Below are positions 1-6,801 of a DNA stretch of 10,447 bases, piece by piece. The position numbers were made by a program, and so were the translations under genes. The notes beneath the pieces were generated by a model. The model did not search any database and was not told the origin of the DNA. It was given only the letters and a program-made list of their open reading frames with translations. The stretch is taken from NCBI GenBank assembly GCA_043754515.1, contig JAYUUO010000193.1, forward strand, positions 1 through 10,447, written 5' to 3'. How positions within the stretch are numbered: the stretch's first letter is position 1; every line of letters begins with the position of its first letter. The stretch is from Armatimonadota bacterium. Lineage in GTDB: Bacteria > Armatimonadota > Armatimonadia > Armatimonadales > Armatimonadaceae.

Positions 1-1308
1 CAGGGTTCGCAGATTAAGGTGGGCAAGCGTGTAAGCAGCGGGCAGTAGTTCAAAGCCGAAGAAGTGCTTCGCGAGGTGGGTTCGGGCGCGGTCGGGGAAC
101 AGCGCGGCGTCCCCCGTCTCGGTCATGCGCTCCTTCACACGGCGGTACGCACGCGCGAGGAATGTACCGGTTCCGGTGGCGGGGTCGAGGAGGCGCACGG
201 CGGGATTTGCAAGCCCCCCTTCCAGGTCGAAGCCGGGGGACGCGAGCAGATCGTCCACGGCGCGAACTATGAAGTCGGTGACGGGTTCGGGCGTGTAGTA
301 GGTGCCGGTGGCTTTGCGGAGCGTCGGATCGTACACGGCCAGGAACGTCTCGTAGAAGTGGATCATCGGCTCTTTGCCGTCGGTCTGCTTCGCGCCGAGC
401 GCGGCGGATCGGTTGGCTTTTGCTAAGTCGCCGATGATGCCGGACACGATCCAATCGAGTTCGGGGGGCAGGTCGGTCAGGCCGAACCGGATCAGGGCGC
501 GGATCGGGGCGACCGCTTCAGGCAGAAGACGCAGAGCCTGAGCCTGATCGAATGGCTTGCGGTCGTCGTCGTGGCGCATCCAGGCGAGAAACAAGCCGTA
601 GGCGAACGTTTGCGCATACAGGTCGGCGAACTGCTTTTCCGAAACGTCGGTGGAAAGCGCGGCGCGGTAGGACGCGAGGAGCGGGGTTAGTTTGTCGCTA
701 TGGGCATTGAGGAGTTTCTTCGCGTTGTCGCGCAACAGGCTCGCCCGCATGGCGAGAAGCCGCGCGAGATTTTCGGAGGAAGTGACAGAGGCGGTGGCGT
801 CGGAAAGGAACTGAAGTAGGAGGGCGGCTAGTGCGTCGCGGTCAGCGTCGGGGACGGTGAGAGCGGTCTGTGTGTCGAACGCGGGTAGTTTGACCCTGGC
901 GACCGGGACCGTATCGCCTTTATTCTAAAGGCGATAGTCGGTGTGGTTCGTTTGAAGGAAGTTAGGGAGTCCGGCGATGAAGCGGTCGTTCTGGATCTTC
1001 GCGGAACCCTTCAGCGCGGACAGATCGGCGGTAACGGCTTCGGCCTCGACATATCCGACTTCGGATAGTCCGTTGTTTTGCGTAGCCTGGAAGTCGGGAC
1101 GCCCGAGGGCGTTTGCCCCAGCTTCGTTGGTGAAGTGGACACCAGGGAAACCGAGCGCGGACGCGGCGGCGTTGAGGAAGTTTTCGAGCGGCGTGCGGTA
1201 GGACAGTTCAGGTGTCGCGCCCTTCGGCACGGCTCGGAGTTCGGCGTAGTAGCGTGCAAGCGGTTCGGTCAGTTCGGGGGCGGGGGAGCGAGTTTCGGCG
1301 CGGTTCAT
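1..1308 (-). pseudogene. Fused restriction endonuclease / N6-adenine DNA methyltransferase (Type IIG / Type ISP-like), interrupted by one in-frame TAG at 927-925; 3' part lies outside the window
   Basis: ATG at 1308 gives 127 aa (TPELSYRTPLENFL...GRPDF...GYVEAE...NFLQTNHTDYRL), a PD-(D/E)xK-type N-terminal domain, then TAG. By manual translation the same frame stays open for 308 codons to position 1: NKGDTVPVARVKLP...FADLYAQTFAYGLFLAW...EPMIHFYETFLAVYDPTLRKATGTYYTPEPVTDFIVRAVDDLL...LLDPATGTGTFL...FFGFELLPAAYTLAHLNL. This includes GTYYTP (motif X) and DPATGTGTF (SAM-binding motif I, 186-160). Confidence 0.9.
912..936. repeat. Perfect 11-bp inverted repeat with a 3-nt loop (TATCGCCTTTA-TTC-TAAAGGCGATA), overlapping the premature stop of the R-M gene
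   Basis: 912-922 is the exact reverse complement of 926-936. ACCG (908-911) can pair further with CGGT (939-942) across a 2-nt bulge. Confidence 0.95.
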
Positions 1309-1476
1309 ACTATTTATTTCGCGACGGAAGTAGCACTTACCTGATTTATGTCGGTTAGCGGGCATTTGTTGCGGGTAGAGGGGTACCAACAACCCAGAGG
1401 GGCACCGGCAACCGGGAGGGGCACGCGAACACAAACAAGCCCCCCTGAAACGTTAACGTCCCCGCCCCCCCGATCC

Positions 1477-3006
1477 CTACGTTCGCCAGAACAAACGCCG
1501 CCGCGTCAGCACGGCGACCAGCACCGCGAGTAGCAACGTCTCCAGCGCGGCGGCACCGACGCCGAGCCAGGGCGTCGGGAACGCGCGATCCAGTGCGATT
1601 TGCCAGCCTGTTCGCTCATACAAGGGATACGCGAACGCGAACAGGGGCCACAAGAAGTTCGCCATCGCGACGTATGCGAGCATCGGGTTTTGTCCTACCC
1701 CTTCGAGCAGACGGAGCCAGACGCGCTTGCCGAACCCGTCCGCCACGATCGTGAGTGACGCGAGCAGGAACAGCGCGAGCGCGGACGAGACGAAATAGTA
1801 GCTCATCGTGGACGGGTCCTTGCGAATACCGCCCTCGAACGGCTCCGCGACCAGCCCGAGTGCCAGCCAGTATAGGCCCCACCGCGAGAGTGCCGCGAGC
1901 AGTCGCCCGGTAGCGTCCAACGGGCGCAGGGTGAGCGCGACGCAGCCCGCGCCGAGTCCGAGCGCGGCGAGCGTGGTCGGGACGAGATGACGCCCTTCAA
2001 GGCCCGCGAGCGTCACCGCCGTGAGCGACACCGCGACCGCAACGTAGGCGATAAGCCGTGCCCGCCACGCCCCGTCGAGGGGGCGCGGCTCCTCCTCCGC
2101 CCGCGCCCGCGCCCACTCCGCGATTAGATCCCCCGCCACCGTTCCCGGAACCACGATAAACAGGTACTTCAAGTAGTCCCACTCAAACAGCCAGGGCACC
2201 GGCGAATAGTCCCAGAGCGTGTGTACCCAGCCGTCTGTGCCCGAGGCGAGGCGCAGGGCGAACAGCAGGGCGAGCACGCCGAACCGGGCGACCAGACTGC
2301 GCCGCGTCGCAAGCCATACTCCCGTGCCGAAGCACGCCATGTTCGCGAGCACGATCAGGATGATGTCGCTCCGGTCGAGGCGGAAGCCGCCGCCCGCCGG
2401 GTACTGCCGCGCCGACAGCCAGAACAGCAAGCCGACCCCGCCGCCAAAACCCAGGAAACGCGTCGCCCAGTGGAAGCCGGGACGCCAACCGGACGGCAGA
2501 CGCGTGAACATCGGGAACAGCAGCGCGAACCCGAGGAGCGATACCGCCCAGGTGGTCACGTCCGGGTTGCCGCGCATCGTGTACGGCCGGATGTGTTGCA
2601 GGTAGATGGCGAACCAGCCGAGCAACGCCAGCCGTTGCCCCATCGCGCCCACCGTCTGCCAGACACTCATCCCTTTCTGAAGGCGACCGGCGAGCGCGAG
2701 CGGGATCGCGGCACCGAGCGCGAACAGAAACAGGGGGAAAACGAGATCCACCCAGGTCATGCCAGGGAGACGCGGGTTGAAGACGTGGCTTATCTCCGTA
2801 CCATTCCAGATCGGCGGCTCCTGCGCGTGGTACATCCAGCGCGGCAGGGGCTTGTCGAACGGGATGATGCCGGAAAAGACCATCATCAGAACCGCCAGCC
2901 CGCGTAGCGCGTCCAGCGCGACGGCGCGGGCGGGACGATGCGCCGACGGAGTGTCCGCCGTGTTTTTCGGGGAGGGGCTGTCTGTCGCGTCTTCTGGTTT
3001 GTGCAT
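1477..3006 (-). CDS. DUF5009-family / HGSNAT-like multi-pass membrane acyltransferase (about 509 aa)
   Basis: Motifs RAVALDALRGLAVLMMVFSG, WMYHAQEPP, PGMTWVDLVFPLFLFALGAAIP, FEGGIRKDPSTMSYYF and GQNPMLAYV, C-terminal FWRT, and many hydrophobic helices. ATG 3006 (MHKPED) is preferred over the longer ORF start at 3099. Confidence 0.85.
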   Translation of the reverse strand: MHKPEDATDSPSPKNTADTPSAHRPARAVALDALRGLAVLMMVFSGIIPFDKPLPRWMYHAQEPPIWNGTEISHVFNPRLPGMTWVDLVFPLFLFALGAAIPLALAGRLQKGMSVWQTVGAMGQRLALLGWFAIYLQHIRPYTMRGNPDVTTWAVSLLGFALLFPMFTRLPSGWRPGFHWATRFLGFGGGVGLLFWLSARQYPAGGGFRLDRSDIILIVLANMACFGTGVWLATRRSLVARFGVLALLFALRLASGTDGWVHTLWDYSPVPWLFEWDYLKYLFIVVPGTVAGDLIAEWARARAEEEPRPLDGAWRARLIAYVAVAVSLTAVTLAGLEGRHLVPTTLAALGLGAGCVALTLRPLDATGRLLAALSRWGLYWLALGLVAEPFEGGIRKDPSTMSYYFVSSALALFLLASLTIVADGFGKRVWLRLLEGVGQNPMLAYVAMANFLWPLFAFAYPLYERTGWQIALDRAFPTPWLGVGAAALETLLLAVLVAVLTRRRLFWRT

Positions 3007-3060
3007 TAAAGTGACACCCGACAGGTCCGGGAGCGATCCCGTGTCGCGGCGGATTCCGCT

Positions 3061-3069
3061 GTATAATAT
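3061..3069. promoter_or_regulatory. Candidate sigma70 -10 element(s) in the divergent intergenic region
   Basis: Perfect TATAAT on + at 3062-3067, overlapping a TATTAT on the minus strand, in a GC-rich background between divergent genes. Confidence 0.45.
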
Positions 3070-3174
3070 CGCCACGGGGCGGGAGATACCGAGCCGCATA
3101 CGAGCGTATCCTAACCAGAACCGCGCCGCTTGCCGATGATTAAAAGGGTAGCGGACATTAGAACACGAAGAACC

Positions 3175-3945
3175 ATGGACGAGATTATTGACTATAAGCT
3201 TATGACAAGCCTCGGCGTCGGTGACGACGCCACCAACACAGACTTACTGATTGCCGCGTTGACAGGCCCCGAACTGACCAGTGCCTGGACGGAGGCACTT
3301 GCGAACTGGACCGATTCCACCCCCGCGCGGCGCGGCGACGTCCGTGATCACGTCGTCGGGTTGCGCGATCACCTCCTGCACGTACTCGCCGACATTGATA
3401 ACGAGCCGGAGCGCGAGGCGGTCGCCACACTGTTTTATATCGGCCTGAAGTCGCATTGGATGGTGGTAAACACGCAGTTTGCCTACCAACTCCGATCCGG
3501 CGACTTCGACGACACACTGCTGTACCGCTCCAGCCTCCTTTCCTCGCTACTCGGCGCGATGGAGACCGTGCTGAAACCGGCCCGCGCCGCCCGCATCGGC
3601 GAGTTCCTGGCCGAGCCGCTAACACTGGAGAACCAAACGCCCGTCGCGAGTGACAACAAGCCATCCGACCCGGTGTTCGTGTTGCCGGATCAGTTGCTCG
3701 CCGCCGCGGCCGCGTCCACGCCGGAGAGCCGCGGGCTGTGCCACGTGATCGCCTATGCCCAGTCGCTCGAAACACGCATCGTGGAAATAACGGCCCAGAT
3801 GGAATCACTGAAACAGGAAAGGGAGACACTCCTTGAGCCGTACGCGCCCACGGAGCGGGGACCCACGGTAACACCGCCCCCCGTTATCGCCCCCCGCCCG
3901 ACTAAACCGCGTTCCGTTCTGGACCGACTTACCGGCCCGCCCTGA
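3175..3945 (+). CDS. Hypothetical all-helical protein (about 256 aa) with a C-terminal coiled coil and Pro-rich tail
   Basis: Long ORF with normal amino-acid composition and GC-rich third positions. Heptad segment YAQSLETRIVEITAQMESLKQERETLL. Start is ATG 3175 (alternative ATG 3136). Confidence 0.8.
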   Translation: MDEIIDYKLMTSLGVGDDATNTDLLIAALTGPELTSAWTEALANWTDSTPARRGDVRDHVVGLRDHLLHVLADIDNEPEREAVATLFYIGLKSHWMVVNTQFAYQLRSGDFDDTLLYRSSLLSSLLGAMETVLKPARAARIGEFLAEPLTLENQTPVASDNKPSDPVFVLPDQLLAAAAASTPESRGLCHVIAYAQSLETRIVEITAQMESLKQERETLLEPYAPTERGPTVTPPPVIAPRPTKPRSVLDRLTGPP

Positions 3946-3965
3946 ACCGCGACGCGCGGAGGCAG

Positions 3966-3990
3966 GGCGCGGCACACACGATGCCGCGCC
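3966..3990. terminator. GC-rich hairpin between convergent genes (possible terminator or mRNA 3'-end stabiliser)
   Basis: GGCGCGGCA-CACACGA-TGCCGCGCC, a 9-bp perfect stem. No U-tract on either strand. Confidence 0.4.
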
Positions 3991-4020
3991 GCGCTGAACG
4001 GCATCCCGCCCGCTACCCGC

Positions 4021-4326
4021 CTACTTCTTCGCGAGAACCGGCGTTTTGATGTGCGCGTTTTTGGCGAATTTCGCGGGGTCTTTCTTGAACTGCTCCGGGC
4101 AGTCCGCGCAACAGAAGAAGTACCGGTTGCTCTTGTAGTCGGCGTACCGCTTCGCCGCGGTCGCGGCCTTGATGTTTACTTTATTGCCCGTCTCCACGGC
4201 GCAACTGATGGTGGCGGGTGTCGCGGCGGTCGGTGCCGTTTTGATGTCCTTCTTAGCCGGAGGGCCTGCGAACGCCGCCGTGCCGATCAGTAAAAGGGTG
4301 CCCGCAAGCAGGCCAAAATGCTTCAT
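4021..4326 (-). CDS. Secreted YHS-domain (metal-binding, TRASH-like) protein, 101 aa
   Basis: Signal peptide MKHFGLLAGTLLLIGTAAFA, then the YHS pattern C-A-V...YADYKSNRYFFCCADCPEQFKKDPAKF. Purine-rich RBS-like GGAAGAAAGAAACAAC upstream. Confidence 0.88.
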   Translation of the reverse strand: MKHFGLLAGTLLLIGTAAFAGPPAKKDIKTAPTAATPATISCAVETGNKVNIKAATAAKRYADYKSNRYFFCCADCPEQFKKDPAKFAKNAHIKTPVLAKK

Positions 4327-4357
4327 GTTGTTTCTTTCTTCCGAGTGAGGATAGTTG

Positions 4358-5077
4358 CTATAACGCGCGGGGTGCCTCCGAAGGTTCCCGTGGCGGTAGT
4401 CTGTGCAGGACCGCGAGCAGAAACGCCCCTATCCCCGCGAGGCACAGGGGGAGCGGGTACGCCGCGATCCGCTCCATGCCGCCGACCCCTACGCCGGGAT
4501 ACACGCCGACCCCGACCAGAACCGTCGCCGCGAGACCGGTTACCCCGGCAACGAGGATCGCCCGCGCGAACGCGTCCGGGACGACTCTCATTCCGTGCGC
4601 GGCGCGTAGCGCGGCGACCCCGAGCAGGACGAGGGCGGCATTCCCGCATAGAAAGTGGATCGCCGCGCCCGACAAATGAACCGGCCCGACGGTGTCTTCG
4701 GGTACCAGCCCGACCGCGAACACGCCCGCCCCGGCGAGACCGAGGAGCGACCGCCCGATGGTGCCCGCCCGCTGTTTCGGGAACGCGCCGCCCAATAACG
4801 CGGCACCGCCCGCGATCAGCAAGCCCTGCGCCGCGAATGAACCGTTCATCACGTCATGACGCGGGGAGCAGACATAATTCGCGCTGCCCGAGGGGCGGTT
4901 CGCGCAACGGATCGCGCCGAGGTCGCTGATGTAGTTCCGCGTCCAACTATACGGCGTCGTCCACGCATGGCGGGCGATCTGCTCGCAGACGAAAAACTGG
5001 AGACACAGGCACCAGAGCACCGCGCCGACGATCAGCGGAGTCCGTCCCGAAGCCCGAAAATAGGGCGATCTCGTCAT
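4358..5077 (-). CDS. DUF998-family membrane protein (239 aa)
   Basis: Motifs PYSWTRNYISDLG, CSPRHDVMNGSF, VGLVPED...H and GGMERIAAYP, with about 5-6 TM helices. Confidence 0.85.
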   Translation of the reverse strand: MTRSPYFRASGRTPLIVGAVLWCLCLQFFVCEQIARHAWTTPYSWTRNYISDLGAIRCANRPSGSANYVCSPRHDVMNGSFAAQGLLIAGGAALLGGAFPKQRAGTIGRSLLGLAGAGVFAVGLVPEDTVGPVHLSGAAIHFLCGNAALVLLGVAALRAAHGMRVVPDAFARAILVAGVTGLAATVLVGVGVYPGVGVGGMERIAAYPLPLCLAGIGAFLLAVLHRLPPREPSEAPRAL

Positions 5078-5175
5078 AGGTACCTCGCAATTCGATGTAT
5101 GTTCGTGGGACGCGGCGGGCCGTAGGCGATCGCGGGCGGAAACGGTTCACCGACCGGATGCGGCTCACCGTCCGT

Positions 5176-5736
5176 TTAAGCGGGGGCCGGGCGACGATCC
5201 GACCGCGCGGTGTCGTGGGATCCGCCGGTGTGTGGCGGGGTTCTGTCGCGGGCGACGACGGACTCCTGACACACAAGACAGACCCCGAAAAACTCCAGCC
5301 GGTGCCTCTCGAGCCAGAAACCGGTCTCGGCTTCGAGGCGGTCCGTCAGCCCGCATAGGTCGCACCCCACGAACTGCTCAACTTTGCCGCACTGACGGCA
5401 GACGACGTGGTGACAATGCACCCTCTCTTGCGGCTCTTCGCGCTCGTACCGGTAGTACCCCTGCCCGAACTCGACGCGCCGTACGAGCCCGAGACTCACC
5501 AGAAGGTTGACGAACCGGTAAACAGTCACAAGGTTGATTTCCTCTCCCGCCGACGCGGGGCCGCCCGATTCCGGGCTATCTAAGCCGGGGTTGACGAGGG
5601 AATATAGTTCCTGAATCGAGAGCGGTTCGTGGGTCTCGGCGAAGACTCGGAGCAGGGCGCGGCGCGGCGCGGTGACGCGGTGGCCCTCCTCCTTAACAAC
5701 GCCTAGCATCCGCGTATATTTGACACGCCAGGGCAT
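5176..5736 (-). CDS. Fur-family metal-responsive transcriptional regulator (186 aa)
   Basis: GHRVTAPRRALL, INLVTVYRFVNLL (recognition helix), GLVRRVEF, HCHHVVCRQCGKV and LEFFGVCLVC (two CxxC structural Zn motifs). Subfamily (Fur/Zur/PerR) cannot be resolved by eye. Confidence 0.92.
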   Translation of the reverse strand: MPWRVKYTRMLGVVKEEGHRVTAPRRALLRVFAETHEPLSIQELYSLVNPGLDSPESGGPASAGEEINLVTVYRFVNLLVSLGLVRRVEFGQGYYRYEREEPQERVHCHHVVCRQCGKVEQFVGCDLCGLTDRLEAETGFWLERHRLEFFGVCLVCQESVVARDRTPPHTGGSHDTARSDRRPAPA

Positions 5737-5751
5737 GGGTTGATTATATCA
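5737..5751 (-). promoter_or_regulatory. Extended -10 promoter (TGnTATAAT) placed for a leaderless fur transcript
   Basis: Minus strand reads TG-A-TATAAT-CAACCC-ATG, with 6 nt between the -10 and the ATG at 5736 and no Shine-Dalgarno. Confidence 0.7.
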
Positions 5752-5849
5752 CTTGTGACGGCGAGACAGTGAGTATACTTTGTTGGTTTGGGACTGGGGT
5801 GGGTGGTGGGTTGTCCGCGGCGGGTGAGCGGACAATAAATTGTCCACGC

Positions 5850-6798
5850 CCGCGCGTCCCCGCGCACGCTCACACACCCGGCATCACCCGCGCGACACCG
5901 CGCTCACATCGCCCGGTGACACTTTCGTGCTACTCCATATGAGTTCGACGTTGCGACGAACCGCGTCGTTGTCTTGCCTGCACGGACCGAACTCGACGCG
6001 CCTCCCGTCTCGCGTATCCGCGAACAACGCTAGCCGCTGGCAGTTGCCGCGCCACGTCATCGACACGGAAACGCGGATCCGCGTCTCCGTCTGTCCCCCC
6101 TAGCCTGGGAAGTCACTGCCGTCGCGGTACGGCCGCGTAATCACTATCACGTTCGGCTTATTCCGGGCGAGTTGCGGGTGGGTCACATAGGCGCGCGTGG
6201 CGTGCGCAACCTCGCGGTAAACGCCGGGGGTAGCCGATGCCTGTTGCCGCGTTGCCTCAACCGCGTGGGTCACTGGGAACGCGTGCCACGCGGCCTCATC
6301 CGCGCCGGGAACTGTGCCACGATCCGCGCGTCATCCGCGAAGGCGATCCCCGCGTACACATCGGCGGTGGTTCGGTGCTGATCGAGGGCGTACCATTCAT
6401 TGCACGCGATGTCGCGACTACCGGGAGCCACTCCTTCGGAGGAACCGGCTAGCTCCCCGCGTAACCCGCCCGGCGTGGTACCGATCATGCAAGACGCGTG
6501 CTCTGGCAGGCCGTCCATGCGCACCGCGAAGCGGTACGCTCGGGTACCCGCTGGAACAGTGTTATTGCCCAACCCGCCTGCGTAGGGGTCGTACGGCGCG
6601 GTGTCCGGCAGAAAAGTGCCGCGCGGCGCGAAGCCGACGTAATCGCCCAGGGTGTTCGCGGCCCGTACCTCGACCAGCCGCGTATTGACTCCACGGATGG
6701 TGGTGATGTCGTGGGGGACGCGCCCAGCGGGGAACGGCTCGGCGGCGGCAGGTTGGATAGGGGATGACGCGAGCGGTGCGGTCAGGTAACTTCAACAC
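5850..6798 (-). pseudogene. Fragmented gene for a probable exported beta-rich protein (about 310 codons), third gene of the ECF operon
   Basis: GTG at 6798, 3 nt after the upstream stop. A frameshift near 6790 leads into YLTAPLASSPIQPAAAEPFPAGRVPHDITTIRGVNTRLVEVRAANTLGDYVGFAPRGTFLPD...YRFAVRMDGL...ADVYAGIAF. A second frameshift lies between 6330 and 6273, into DEAAWHAFPVTHAV...KPNVIVITRPYRDGSDFPG. An in-frame TAG at 6102-6100 is followed by GGQTETRIRVSVSMTW...LALFADTRDGRRVEF...VSPGDVSAV, and further lesions lie near 5895-5870. The 3' end is approximate. Confidence 0.6.
6065..6090. repeat. 26-bp near-perfect palindrome (12 of 13 pairs; perfect 14-bp core ACGCGGATCCGCGT)
   Basis: ACGGAAACGCGGA|TCCGCGTCTCCGT, with a single mismatch at 6070/6085. 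Confidence 0.85.
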
Positions 6799-6801
6799 GG
6801 C

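Noticed and set aside
50..454. ORFs 50-454 (-) and 64-426 (+)
   Set aside because: Alternate-frame and antisense shadows of the methyltransferase coding region, whose true frame has no stop in the window and is missing from the ORF track.
214..468. Six-base homopolymer tracts at 214-219 and 463-468 as frameshifts in the R-M gene
   Set aside because: On recounting, both are in frame (EGGLAN; LPPELDW), and six bases is short for classic slipped-strand phase variation.
925..927. Genome-wide TAG reassignment or pyrrolysine as the explanation for in-frame TAGs
   Set aside because: Intact genes here end at TAG at plausible C-termini (1477-1479, 4021-4023, 4358-4360, 9384-9386), so TAG is a normal stop.
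1309..1434. N-terminal extension of the R-M ORF to 1434
   Set aside because: The extension is not protein-like and covers the intergenic region; family-like sequence begins only after ATG 1308.
1450..1459. 10-bp palindrome ACGTTAACGT downstream of the DUF5009 gene
   Set aside because: Short, single copy, with no supporting context.
2219..3139. Plus-strand ORFs 2219-2605, 2221-2907 and 2759-3139
   Set aside because: Antisense shadows of the DUF5009 gene, typical of high-GC DNA.
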